Below are positions 19,999 through 29,328 of a DNA stretch of 64,000 nucleotides, piece after piece. The stretch spans positions 7,745 to 71,744 of the forward strand of contig JAASSR010000001.1 in assembly GCA_021767785.1 (NCBI GenBank). Direction: 5' to 3'. The position numbers and the translations under genes are program-made. Numbering within the stretch: position 1 is the stretch's first letter; each line of letters opens with the position of its first letter. The notes under the pieces were generated by a model. That model was given only the letters and a program-made list of their open reading frames with translations, had not been told where the DNA came from and searched no databases. Source of the stretch: Methanolobus sp. (lineage in GTDB: Archaea; Halobacteriota; Methanosarcinia; Methanosarcinales; Methanosarcinaceae).

Positions 19999-20619
19999 AT
20001 GGACACAAAAATACTTGATGTAGAAGCTGCACTTCGGGAATTCGTAAAAGTTGCTTTTGAAAAACAGACCTACATGAATATATTGTATCTGTTATTCTCA
20101 TTCCCCCTTGGAACAGCTTATTTTATATTTTTGGTTACAGGCCTCTCTTTAGGTTTTGGACTTCTTCTCATCTGGATAGGTATACCTGTTCTGTTGATTG
20201 TTTTCCTTGCCTGGTGGGAAATAGCGGCATTTGAGCGCCAGATGGCCATATGGTTTTTGGGGATTGATATTCCTTCTATGTCCCTGACACCCTTAAATGA
20301 AAAAAGTATCCTGGGTAGGTTTATTTACAGGCTTAAGAGCCCGGTTACATGGAAAGCCCTTTTATTCCTTATTGTTAAATTCCCGTTAGGCATCTTTTCA
20401 CTTGTGGCAATGGTAGTCCTTCTGGCAATGACAATGGGAATGATCTTTAATCCGTTGATCTATTTGACAGGTAACAGTCATGCAGCTACCTTGCAGGAAG
20501 CAATACTCATAGCAATTGCAGGTATTTTTGTGGGACTGGCGTCCATGCATGTGTTGAATCTCCTGGCGCATATCACAGGAAATTTTGCAAAAAGAATGCT
20601 TGGAGGTCATGAGACCTAA
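19999..20619 (+). CDS. Polytopic membrane protein resembling the putative-sensor domain family
   Basis: 206 aa; QTYMNILYLLFSFPLGTAYFIFLVTGLSLGFGLLLIWIGIPVLL followed by AAFERQMA, a pattern I recall from PF13796-like proteins. Confidence 0.4.
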   Translation: MDTKILDVEAALREFVKVAFEKQTYMNILYLLFSFPLGTAYFIFLVTGLSLGFGLLLIWIGIPVLLIVFLAWWEIAAFERQMAIWFLGIDIPSMSLTPLNEKSILGRFIYRLKSPVTWKALLFLIVKFPLGIFSLVAMVVLLAMTMGMIFNPLIYLTGNSHAATLQEAILIAIAGIFVGLASMHVLNLLAHITGNFAKRMLGGHET

Positions 20620-20897
20620 TCTTCTATATTGTTTATCCTTTCATAGAAATCCAGGATGAGCTTTGTTTTCTCATTATCCAGATTCAATCTGAATGTCCTG
20701 ATCTGTTTGCCGAGAGGTTTTTCTATGACAATGTCACTTTTTATAAGAGGCGTTATCACTCTTGCAACGCTGGAATGTGAAAGTCCGGTCTCATCTGCAA
20801 TTCCGGAAAGATAAGTCGATTCATCTTTGTGGACAATAAGGTTTTTCAGAACTGTCATCTGAGCTGTCTTTCCAAAAATCTTTTCCAACGCATCCAT
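20616..20897 (-). CDS. Small winged-helix transcriptional regulator
   Basis: 93 aa; YLSGIADETGLSHSSVARVITPLIKSDIV looks like an HTH recognition unit followed by a wing; its stop codon overlaps the stop of the convergent gene. Confidence 0.55.
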   Translation of the reverse strand: MDALEKIFGKTAQMTVLKNLIVHKDESTYLSGIADETGLSHSSVARVITPLIKSDIVIEKPLGKQIRTFRLNLDNEKTKLILDFYERINNIED

Positions 20898-21046
20898 CTT
20901 ATCCTAACTAAATATTCTGTTATGGGTTATAAGATTTTCTTTTATCGGATAATCTGTTTAATAAAACCTGAACTCTTTCATATTTAGAAAGGTTTTAATA
21001 ATATCATTCTGCTATATTTTATGAACTCATTTCAGGTAGAATTATC

Positions 21047-21562
21047 ATGCAGGCAGAAAACATTAGCGGAAAAATTCTTTCACTCATGGAAGAGAATCCG
21101 GATATTACAATAAAAGAGATCTCAGAGTCATTGTCAGTTTCCGAGGATCTGATTGAGGAAACCTTGAGAAAAATGTCTGATGCGCGCCAGAAGATTCTGA
21201 TAGTAGATGATGAGATGGATGCCCTGTTAGCTCTGAAAGTAGCTCTTGAAGCCGAAGGATATAATATAGTCGAAGCAAAAGATGGCTACGAAGCCATAGA
21301 TACGGCACATTCTGAAAATCCTGATGTAATACTGCTTGATCTTATGATTCCCGGAATAGATGGATTTGAAGTTTGCAGGCAACTTAAATCCGATCCCGTG
21401 TACAGTCATATTCCTGTGATCATGCTGACTGCACGTGGTGAGATTGACGATAAAGTAGAAGGGATCGAGCTTGGTGCGGATGATTATGTCACCAAACCAT
21501 TCAATCTGAAGGAACTGAAAGCACGTATAAAAATGATCCTGAGAAGAAATCAGGATGCATGA
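21047..21562 (+). CDS. Response regulator (REC domain) with N-terminal HTH-like extension
   Basis: KILIVDDE, LLDLMIPGIDG, PVIMLTA, KPF receiver motifs; the first 45 aa or so (ITIKEISESLSVSEDLIEETL) look like a small HTH. Confidence 0.85.
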   Translation: MQAENISGKILSLMEENPDITIKEISESLSVSEDLIEETLRKMSDARQKILIVDDEMDALLALKVALEAEGYNIVEAKDGYEAIDTAHSENPDVILLDLMIPGIDGFEVCRQLKSDPVYSHIPVIMLTARGEIDDKVEGIELGADDYVTKPFNLKELKARIKMILRRNQDA

Positions 21563-21580
21563 TCTATTTTAAAGGGATCT

Positions 21581-23320
21581 ATGTGGGATCGTAAAAGCAA
21601 ATGGAATCTGGTTCTCTTTGCCGCTGTAGTCCTGCTTTTGATAAGTTCCATAGTTTTCCTGTGGATGAAAACAAATACAGAAGTGAGATCTGTAGTAGAG
21701 GAACAATATCAAAATCAGCAATTACTGCTTACAAGACAGGTTTCAAGCAGTATAGAAAGAACATTGAATGAAAGGGTCTTGCTGCTGGAGGTAATAGCAA
21801 ACAAAGACACCGGCGTTCCACCTGATAATTTCAGATCAGATCTCAAAAGTGTCTATGATGTTGCAGGCATGTTCTATGTTGTAGAATATGTCAATGAAGA
21901 TGGTACAATAGTTTCCGGTTATCCTGAAGATAATGTTCCTTTGGGTTTCAATCTGTATGAGAACAAACAATCACGTGCTTTTGAACGGGTGAAGAACACA
22001 GGACAGGTTTATATTACTGATCCTCTGAGACTGATGGAAGGCAACTATGGTTCTTTCATATGGGTGCCGGTGCATGAAGACGATGAATTCAGAGGGGCCT
22101 TTATTGCTATAATCAGAGAAGAAGACCTCAAAAGCAGATATGTAGTTGCATCGAATTCATCTAATTATGCATATCTTCTGGATGACAGGGGCAGAGTGCT
22201 CTATGACGAATCGGAGAACTATGAAAGAGGTACAAGTTATGCTGAGATACTGGGCTCTGATTCTTCGGGATTGCTTGATATTATCTCAAAACAGGTAAAT
22301 GGAACTGAAGGAAACGGCAAGTATCTGGTTCTTAATAACGGGACAGTAGTTGAGGAACGACTTGTTTCATATTCTCCTATTAACTGGTATAATCAGAAGT
22401 GGTCACTGGCATTGACAAGTCCTTCTTCCGAAGTGGACAGATTGATTGTCTCTGTTTATCTGAAATTGTTCATTGTAGTTGCGGTTTCGGTTCTTTTCAT
22501 AGTTTTTGTGAGTTCTTTCATTGTTATAATCCTGTTCAACTGGAGTAAGAGTCTGGAACAGGAAGTGGATGAAAAGACCCAGGAACTGAAAGATTCGAAC
22601 GAATCTCTCAGGGCAGCGAATAAAAAGCTCAAAGAACTGGATAGATTGAAGACCGAGTTCCTTTCCATAGTTTCTCATGAACTAAAGACGCCTTTGACTG
22701 CTATGAAGACCTCAGGCGAATTTCTATTGGAGACTGAAGAGTGCGACAGATCTCTGAGGAAGAAAATGCTTGACATTATTATCAGGAATATTGATCGACA
22801 GTCCAGGATGGTTGATGACCTTCTCGACATTTCACGGATAGAATCCGATCGCATGAAATTTAACAAAGAGCCTGTGGATATCGAGGAAACAATAAAAGTT
22901 TCTCTTGAGGTTGTTGATACTATCATCAGGAACAAAGACATGAAAGTGGCTGTTTCGGTTCCTGATGATCTGGAAATTATCACTACTGATAAAGATAAGC
23001 TGGTACAGGTATTTGTGAACCTTCTGAACAATGCTGTAAAATTCAGCAATAAAGGTGGTACAATAAAAATAAATGTTGAAGATGAAACTGACAGTTTAAG
23101 GATAAGTGTCAGTGACAATGGTATTGGAATGGGACCTGAGGAAGTTGAAAAAATATTTGATAAATTCTATCAGATCGACAGTACTTCCACCCGAAGGGTT
23201 GGCGGAAGCGGTCTTGGGCTTTCAATTGTCAAGGGTATTATCGAAGGCCAGGGAGGTACTATTACTGTCCTGAGTGAACCAGGCAAAGGCAGCACTTTTG
23301 TTTTTACATTAATGAAATAA
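21581..23320 (+). CDS. Sensor histidine kinase with extracytoplasmic Cache-like domain
   Basis: Two TMs flanking a domain of about 270 aa, H-box FLSIVSHELKTPL, N-box LLNNAVKFS, G-boxes DNGIGM and GGSGLGLSIV. Confidence 0.85.
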   Translation: MWDRKSKWNLVLFAAVVLLLISSIVFLWMKTNTEVRSVVEEQYQNQQLLLTRQVSSSIERTLNERVLLLEVIANKDTGVPPDNFRSDLKSVYDVAGMFYVVEYVNEDGTIVSGYPEDNVPLGFNLYENKQSRAFERVKNTGQVYITDPLRLMEGNYGSFIWVPVHEDDEFRGAFIAIIREEDLKSRYVVASNSSNYAYLLDDRGRVLYDESENYERGTSYAEILGSDSSGLLDIISKQVNGTEGNGKYLVLNNGTVVEERLVSYSPINWYNQKWSLALTSPSSEVDRLIVSVYLKLFIVVAVSVLFIVFVSSFIVIILFNWSKSLEQEVDEKTQELKDSNESLRAANKKLKELDRLKTEFLSIVSHELKTPLTAMKTSGEFLLETEECDRSLRKKMLDIIIRNIDRQSRMVDDLLDISRIESDRMKFNKEPVDIEETIKVSLEVVDTIIRNKDMKVAVSVPDDLEIITTDKDKLVQVFVNLLNNAVKFSNKGGTIKINVEDETDSLRISVSDNGIGMGPEEVEKIFDKFYQIDSTSTRRVGGSGLGLSIVKGIIEGQGGTITVLSEPGKGSTFVFTLMK

Positions 23321-23336
23321 TATTGAGGTATAATCA

Positions 23337-23654
23337 ATGATAGTAACAACAACAGACAATATATATGGAAAAGAACTTGAGATACTTGGTGTAGTATTCG
23401 GGAATACAGTTCGTGCAAAACATATAGGTAGTGATATTGCGGCAGGTTTGAAGAACATCGTAGGTGGAGAATTGAGGGGATATTCCGATATGCTTATGCA
23501 GGCAAGGGGTGAGGCATGTGATCGTATGGTGGAAAATGCGGAAAAAATGGATGCTGACGCAGTTGTAAATGTGAGGTTCACCACTTCCCAGACAATGGCA
23601 GGTGCAGCAGAACTACTTGCCTACGGGACTGCAGTTAAGGTAAGGGATGCATAA
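23337..23654 (+). CDS. YbjQ/UPF0145 family protein
   Basis: 105 aa; LGVVFGNTVRAKHIGSDI..GLKNIVGGE...Y pattern typical of the YbjQ family; 16 nt after the kinase gene. Confidence 0.8.
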   Translation: MIVTTTDNIYGKELEILGVVFGNTVRAKHIGSDIAAGLKNIVGGELRGYSDMLMQARGEACDRMVENAEKMDADAVVNVRFTTSQTMAGAAELLAYGTAVKVRDA

Positions 23655-23670
23655 TCTTGATTTATTTGTT

Positions 23671-25275
23671 CTAACCGGAAAATACGGGTATTCTGAAAGT
23701 AAAATTGCTTCCTTTGTTTATTTCACTTTCAACCTCTATGTTTCCGCCGTGCATCTCTACAAACTCTTTCACAATTATAAGTCCGAGTCCAACGCCTTCA
23801 AATTTCCTGGTCAGAGATGAATCGATCTGTGAAAAAGGCTGAAACAACTTATTCCTATCCTCTTTCAGAATTCCAATACCGTTATCCTGGACAGATACCT
23901 TTAACATTTCTTTTTCCCGCCGAATGCTGACTTTTATGTCACCGCATTCTGGTGTGAATTTAATTGCGTTATTAATAAGGTTGTAGAGTACTGTTTTAAT
24001 TTTATTCTTGTCAGCATATATTGATTTTATATTTGTATCTATTTCAAATCCAAGATTTATTTGCTTCTTTTTTGCCATTGGATAAGTTGAATTTTTAATT
24101 TCTCCTATTAATGAAGGTAAAGAAAAGTTTTTCATTTTAAGCTCGATTTTTCCTTCTTCCACTGCTGACAACTCGATCATTGAGTTGATCAAAAGGAGTA
24201 AGCGGTTACTGCTTCGTTTAATAACGTCAAGATACTGTTTTTGCTCTTTGCTTGTTGTACCGATGTAATCTTCGTAGAGGAGTTCGGAATAGCCGATTAT
24301 TAGATTTAAGGGTGTCCTGAGTTCGTGACTGATGTTTGAAAGAAATTGCTTTTTAGTACGGTTCGCGTTATCTGATATGAGCTTTGCAAAAACAAGTGCT
24401 TCTTCAGCTTTAATGCGCTCTGTTATATCGTTTCCTGAAGACAAGGTTCCTGTTATATTTCCTTCATTGTCTCTGAGAACGATGTTATGCCATGCAAAGA
24501 TCCTTTCCCCTTCGTTGGTCATGATAGGAACTTCAAAATAAGGTCGAACACTGGTCTCTCCTGCCATAAGTTTTGCATAGTCTTTTTTCGATTTTTCAAT
24601 ATATTTTTCAGGCACTGACAATTCAAACCAGTTCCTTGATAACAGGTTGCATTCTTCTGTTCCAAAGATCTCGCATCCTTTTTTATTGATCGATTTGATA
24701 TTTCCATCTCTGTCAAGAGCCAGTATGATAACCCCGACAACATCGAGATATTTCTGAGCTTTGTCTCTTTCTTCTTTGAGTTTGAACTCTATCTGTTTCA
24801 GTCTGGCAATATCGACCATAAGTCCGTTGATGCCTTTGAACTCGCCGTTTTTGATCATAGGCCTTGAGGTAGTGTGCACGTAGCTGATGCTACCGTCTTT
24901 CTTAATTATTCGGAACATATAGGGTTTATGCTCGCCGGCTATTGTTCTTTCAATATCATCCTGAAGTCCCTGAACATCATCAGGATGGATATGTTTTGTA
25001 AAATGTGTTCCAAGGACTTCTTCTACCTCATAGCCTGTTATATTTTTGACAGCAGGATTAAGATATGTAAAATAACCTTCGGCGTCAACTGAAAAAAGAA
25101 CATCATTGAGGTTATTCAACCGGTCGGAATAAAATTCCTCTACATCTTTTAATCTGGACTCTGATTTCTCTAACTTTATATTCAGGTCTTCTATTTCTTT
25201 TTCTAATTTTTCTATTGTATCCGGATGATCAGGATCACATGATCCATATTCGGTATTGTGAGCCTTTGTTTCCAT
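23671..25275 (-). CDS. Cytoplasmic PAS-domain sensor histidine kinase
   Basis: N-terminal coiled coil, two PAS-like segments, H-box FLSNISHELRTPLN, N-box LINNAIKFT, DNGIGI, GVGLGLIIV. Confidence 0.85.
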   Translation of the reverse strand: METKAHNTEYGSCDPDHPDTIEKLEKEIEDLNIKLEKSESRLKDVEEFYSDRLNNLNDVLFSVDAEGYFTYLNPAVKNITGYEVEEVLGTHFTKHIHPDDVQGLQDDIERTIAGEHKPYMFRIIKKDGSISYVHTTSRPMIKNGEFKGINGLMVDIARLKQIEFKLKEERDKAQKYLDVVGVIILALDRDGNIKSINKKGCEIFGTEECNLLSRNWFELSVPEKYIEKSKKDYAKLMAGETSVRPYFEVPIMTNEGERIFAWHNIVLRDNEGNITGTLSSGNDITERIKAEEALVFAKLISDNANRTKKQFLSNISHELRTPLNLIIGYSELLYEDYIGTTSKEQKQYLDVIKRSSNRLLLLINSMIELSAVEEGKIELKMKNFSLPSLIGEIKNSTYPMAKKKQINLGFEIDTNIKSIYADKNKIKTVLYNLINNAIKFTPECGDIKVSIRREKEMLKVSVQDNGIGILKEDRNKLFQPFSQIDSSLTRKFEGVGLGLIIVKEFVEMHGGNIEVESEINKGSNFTFRIPVFSG

Positions 25276-25678
25276 TTAATGGGAGCCGCCATTTGGTCAG
25301 TATTTTATTTTGTTAAAAAGGTCTGTTTTAATAGATTCTAGATTGCAAACTCATATCTTTGATTTAAACTTATCAATAAATTATCTTTCTGTTAATTTCA
25401 ACCCCTTGTATGCAGTTCACTGAAATATATGAATTTTTAACTATCAGCATCAATTTGAGTTTACATGTTTTACGTCCTTTTTTTCTTGTTATCTGCAGAT
25501 GTTATTGATCAGTTTTGCTATAAATCTATATTTTATAGACAAAAAAGATAAATATATTGTGCTTGATATAATTTATATTTTAAATGAATGAAAATCTTTT
25601 AACTTCACCAAGTTTATCTATAGAACACAGATATCTATCTAACAATAGTGTTTGATTCATTAATATATAGAATAACAG

Positions 25679-25794
25679 CGCCGAGGTTGGGATTCGAACC
25701 CAAGCACTCCTCCCGGAGAAACCGGTCTCGAGCCGGTCGCGTTTGGACTCCGGGGCCTGTAAGCCGACGGATTAGTCCGCTCTGCCACCTCGGC
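25679..25794 (-). tRNA. tRNA-Ser (anticodon CGA) with a putative 30-nt intron in the D-arm
   Basis: Acceptor GCCGAGG/CCTCGGC, T-arm TTGGG-TTCGAAT-CCCAA, anticodon arm ACCGG-CTCGAGA-CCGGT, long variable arm CTCC-GGGA-GGAG, discriminator G; 116 nt in total because an insert at about 25743..25772 interrupts the D-arm. Confidence 0.8.
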
Positions 25795-25843
25795 ACAAAG
25801 GCTTTGAAAGTCTTAATCTTTTAAAAAGGTATCGAGGGGATGT

Positions 25844-27064
25844 CTAAAAGTCAAAAAGAGAACTCTGACCCTTGCTATTCCGGACTTGATTTACGTTATT
25901 TATATCATCCGGGATCTCAATTTGACCATACTGTCCTCCTCCACCTGGTCGGATTATTAATTTCTCCTCTCTGAATGCAATTATTGCATTGGTGATTCTT
26001 TCATCCAGAAAACCAAGATCATCTATCTCAACATTTAAGAGAACATTCAATTCATTATCGTATCTTTCCATCAAATAGTTCCAGGCTGTCTGTACACCCT
26101 TGGTATTAATACTTGCATGGCCCAGGGCAGTCATGATTATCTCTGACAGGGGAAGCATATGTATGTATGGTGGTCTGTGTGGCGGATGTTTTGGTTCTTT
26201 GAAATCTGCAAGCTCATTCACCCTGTCCTTTACTCCTTTTTTGATGAGTCCTCCGCAATTGGTACATTTCCAGTTATTGGCTTTGCACTCTTCAAATGTA
26301 TAATGTGTATAACATTTGATGCATGCAGATTCATTGTATTTACCTTCCTGTGGATAGAAACCGGCATTACAGGTGACTCTATACTCATTTTCACGCAGAA
26401 TAGCTTTTTTGAGACCATTGAATGATATTTCAGGAACATTTATCTGGTTGAATTCCCTTGCCAGTTTGTTGGCCCAGGGTGAGTGTGCATCGGAATTTGA
26501 TAGGAATGTGAGCCTGTGAAGTTCTTCTATCCTGTCCGCATAGTCACTATCGGCACTAAGACCAAGTTCCAGAAATGAAATGTAGTCTGTCATATCTTCA
26601 TAACAGCTTTTGAGAGAATCATGATATGCATAAAGTGCAGTCCAGGGTGTAAATGCATGACAGGGACCTATCATTGCATCTAATTCCTTTGCAATCTCAG
26701 CGATCTCGCATCCCGTGAGTTTCACTGTAGGTCGACCGTCAGCCATGAGGTCCGTATAGTGTTCAAGCCTTTCTGCAAGTTCTTCAGCTTTTGATACGGA
26801 TGGCAGAATAAGTAGATGATGTACCCGGTTCTTATCCTCGATCTCAGTAGTTATTATAAAATTTGTTTTTCCTATGCAGACATTTTCATCATCAACAGCC
26901 GCGTTTTTAATTTCATTCAGCCATTTTGGATGAGTACAGTCGCCTGTTGCAAGCAGATCCACACCTTTTTTTGCCGCTTCCTGTGCCATTACCGCCAGTT
27001 CCATTTTGTTCGAACAGGCCATCGAATATCTGGAATGCAGATGAAGGTCGGCATTAATTAACAT
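25844..27064 (-). CDS. PHP-domain endonuclease Q-like protein (TIGR00375 family)
   Basis: 406 aa; N-terminal ADLHLHSRYSMA PHP motif, GTGDCTHPKW, internal Cys cluster CIKCYTHY...CTNCGG; matches my recollection of archaeal EndoQ. Confidence 0.6.
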   Translation of the reverse strand: MLINADLHLHSRYSMACSNKMELAVMAQEAAKKGVDLLATGDCTHPKWLNEIKNAAVDDENVCIGKTNFIITTEIEDKNRVHHLLILPSVSKAEELAERLEHYTDLMADGRPTVKLTGCEIAEIAKELDAMIGPCHAFTPWTALYAYHDSLKSCYEDMTDYISFLELGLSADSDYADRIEELHRLTFLSNSDAHSPWANKLAREFNQINVPEISFNGLKKAILRENEYRVTCNAGFYPQEGKYNESACIKCYTHYTFEECKANNWKCTNCGGLIKKGVKDRVNELADFKEPKHPPHRPPYIHMLPLSEIIMTALGHASINTKGVQTAWNYLMERYDNELNVLLNVEIDDLGFLDERITNAIIAFREEKLIIRPGGGGQYGQIEIPDDINNVNQVRNSKGQSSLFDF

Positions 27065-27069
27065 TTTCT

Positions 27070-27846
27070 TCAGCCAATATATCTAAGGTCATCATCTTTG
27101 GCACTGCTCAGATCAGAAATACCTTTCTGCTGTTGCTCGACTTCCTTAAGTCTGGCAACTATCTTTTCCATGTCCTTTGCACGCTCTTCAAGAGGTCCTA
27201 CATCAATATCTATATCAAAGATTTTACAGATCACTTTGAGCAGAGATTGTGCGCTTTTTGGATCAACAAGATATCCTGAAGTAAGCCCCATAAGGCATGC
27301 TGCATCTATATTTTTGAATTTGCTAAGTCCAAGAAGTAGTCCGGAAGCACCAACAATGCCTCCACCGGGCTCGTTCTCTTTGAAATTGACGCCGTATTCT
27401 TTTAGCTCTTCAACCAGTTCTGCATTGTTGACAGCTCCAAGTACTTCATCTGAAAAAGTTAATTGGCCGGTGGGAAATCCTCCAAGGGTATAGATCCTCC
27501 GGACTCCGAATTCCATGGCAAGTTCCAGGTAAAGGGTGCACAGTTTATAATGACCTTCAGTGGATGAACTTTGATGGTCTCCTACTAGTGCCAGAATGTC
27601 ATGCTTCTCTGTCCTGCAAACAAATATTTCATTGTTTACAAGTTCTGTTTCACTATTCTCATCCACAAGGACCTGTGGTGGAAAATACTGTGAATATATC
27701 TCAAGCAGCTTTTCGGCATCAAGTTCTTCTACCAGGTGCTCAGCAACAAGTTTTCCAACGTGTCCGACCCCCGGAAGTCCGACTATTAATACCGGATCAT
27801 TAAGCTGCACGTCTTCTTTGATACGAATTACTTCTATTTCCTGCAT
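27070..27846 (-). CDS. PAC2-family proteasome assembly chaperone-like protein (COG1938)
   Basis: 258 aa; PVLIVGLPGVGHVGKLVAEHL and GASGLLLG motifs, coiled-coil acidic C-terminus. Confidence 0.6.
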   Translation of the reverse strand: MQEIEVIRIKEDVQLNDPVLIVGLPGVGHVGKLVAEHLVEELDAEKLLEIYSQYFPPQVLVDENSETELVNNEIFVCRTEKHDILALVGDHQSSSTEGHYKLCTLYLELAMEFGVRRIYTLGGFPTGQLTFSDEVLGAVNNAELVEELKEYGVNFKENEPGGGIVGASGLLLGLSKFKNIDAACLMGLTSGYLVDPKSAQSLLKVICKIFDIDIDVGPLEERAKDMEKIVARLKEVEQQQKGISDLSSAKDDDLRYIG

Positions 27847-28007
27847 AGATATCCCTCTTTTCTTGCTAACCTGCGATATTTTCCATAAGGGTCCTCAGGG
27901 CTGAATTTTGCAGGCTGAGGCCTGACCGTATTCAAACCACAATGCCGGCAGAATGTTTCCAGTGTATATCTGCCACATTTCCTGCATTTTAATATCTTCT
28001 TTCCCAA
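27834..28007 (-). CDS. nop10: H/ACA RNP component Nop10
   Basis: Zinc-ribbon CRKCGRYTLETFCRHCG followed by PAKFSPEDPYGKYRR; the listed 85-aa ORF overlaps aIF2-alpha, and an in-frame TTG at 28007 gives a typical 57-aa Nop10. Confidence 0.8.
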   Translation of the reverse strand: MGKKILKCRKCGRYTLETFCRHCGLNTVRPQPAKFSPEDPYGKYRRLARKEGYLCRK

Positions 28008-28014
28008 AGGGTCT

Positions 28015-28812
28015 TCACGCCTTAACTGTATCGTTGTGCCTGTGGAACTCTCCCTCTCCACCAAGCTTTTCAATTGTAGCGATGGCTGCATTTGCAGATT
28101 TCTTTAATACTGATTCGGCTATCTTGTAATCAGGAGCTATTACTTTTATGCGGTATCTGGGAGCACCTGTGTAGCTTATATCCACTTTAACTCCATCTTC
28201 CTCTACGTCAGTTCCAGCCTGAAGAGCCTGCTTGATGATTTCTATTCCGTCAGGAAGATAACAATTGAGATCTACAAATCCTGCAATGTCCACAAATGGC
28301 AGTTTAATATTGTTCTGAGCAATGCTGACAATACTGCTGATGATCTTCTTTTTCATCTTTATCTCATTGAAAGCATCCTCTGAGTTCATAGCTGCTTCTT
28401 CAAATGCCGAATACAGGCTGCCAAAATTCTCCAGCAATTTTACTTTTATCTTATCCATTTCCTTATTGCTGGTATTTGTTTCTTCTGCAACGAACTGGAG
28501 CCATTTAACAGCCTTTTGTTCGTTCTTCCAGTCCTGTATCTTTTCACGCCTCTGGTGTTCATTGACATCTTTAAGGGACAGGTCTATATGTCGGCGTGAA
28601 GAGTCCACATTCAATACTTTACAAACTACTTTCTGGCCTTCACGTATATGGTCTCTTACGTACTTGACCCATCCGGCTTTGATCTCCGATATGTGGATAA
28701 AACCTTCTTTTCCACCGAATTCTTCAAGTGTCACATAAGCTCCGAAGTCTGTAACGTTCTTTACAGTACAGACAACGAAGTCTCCGCTTTCTGGCCAAAT
28801 GTTCTCATCCAT
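28015..28812 (-). CDS. eif2a: Translation initiation factor aIF2 alpha subunit
   Basis: 265 aa; N-terminal S1 domain GDFVVCTVKNVTDFGAYVTLEEFGGKEGFIHISEI and LSLKDV motif. Confidence 0.9.
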   Translation of the reverse strand: MDENIWPESGDFVVCTVKNVTDFGAYVTLEEFGGKEGFIHISEIKAGWVKYVRDHIREGQKVVCKVLNVDSSRRHIDLSLKDVNEHQRREKIQDWKNEQKAVKWLQFVAEETNTSNKEMDKIKVKLLENFGSLYSAFEEAAMNSEDAFNEIKMKKKIISSIVSIAQNNIKLPFVDIAGFVDLNCYLPDGIEIIKQALQAGTDVEEDGVKVDISYTGAPRYRIKVIAPDYKIAESVLKKSANAAIATIEKLGGEGEFHRHNDTVKA

Positions 28813-28828
28813 TATAAATCACTTTCAT

Positions 28829-29005
28829 TCACTCGAGTACTTCGAGTATGTGTGTTGTGATCGTTGATTTCCCGCCGGTGGGCTCAGCCAGTGTCCTTCC
28901 GCAGACAAGGCAGGTCACCTTACTGCTTGAACTGCCGAAAATCACCTGCTCGTTCTCACAATCGTTGCATTTCACACGTAAAAATCTGCTCTTTGGTTTA
29001 TTCAT
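28829..29005 (-). CDS. rps27e: 30S ribosomal protein S27e
   Basis: Not in the ORF track (58 aa). My translation is [58 protein letters not shown], which has the C4 zinc ribbon of eS27. Confidence 0.85.
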   Translation of the reverse strand: MNKPKSRFLRVKCNDCENEQVIFGSSSSKVTCLVCGRTLAEPTGGKSTITTHILEVLE

Positions 29006-29011
29006 TTGACA

Positions 29012-29299
29012 TCACTCCGAGAAGTCGAACTTCTTTGCTCTGAAGCATGGTCTCTGATGTGCCTTATTGCATTCTGAACACCTGTATCTGAGCCATATTC
29101 TCTTTGTTGGTTTGTCTCCACCAGGTACTTTTGAGAATTTACCACTGTTCCCAAGTCCCATCTGGCGTTTCTTCTGTCTCTCGATACGTGTCAGTGATGA
29201 TGCCTTTCCTTTCTTCACTCTTTCTGCGACATGCTCTGTATGTTTTTTGCAGAATGGGCAATATGTTCTGAATCTCTTCGGAATCTTCATTATCTTCAC
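29012..29299 (-). CDS. rpl44e: 50S ribosomal protein L44e
   Basis: [19 protein letters not shown]...[11 protein letters not shown] zinc-ribbon pattern; start may be the second Met. Confidence 0.9.
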   Translation of the reverse strand: MKIMKIPKRFRTYCPFCKKHTEHVAERVKKGKASSLTRIERQKKRQMGLGNSGKFSKVPGGDKPTKRIWLRYRCSECNKAHQRPCFRAKKFDFSE

Positions 29300-29328
29300 C
29301 TTGATAAGTCAGTTTGATTAGTTCAAAT

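Noticed and set aside
25276-25678. Looked for an integrase, att-like repeat or mobile element next to tRNA-Ser in the 400-nt AT-rich spacer
   Set aside because: There is no ORF, no copy of the tRNA 3' end and no repeats, so it appears to be plain intergenic DNA.
27070-27090. C-terminal LRYIG of the PAC2-like protein as a proteasome-binding HbYX motif
   Set aside because: HbYX requires Tyr at the penultimate position. Here Tyr is third from the end, so the motif is not satisfied as written.
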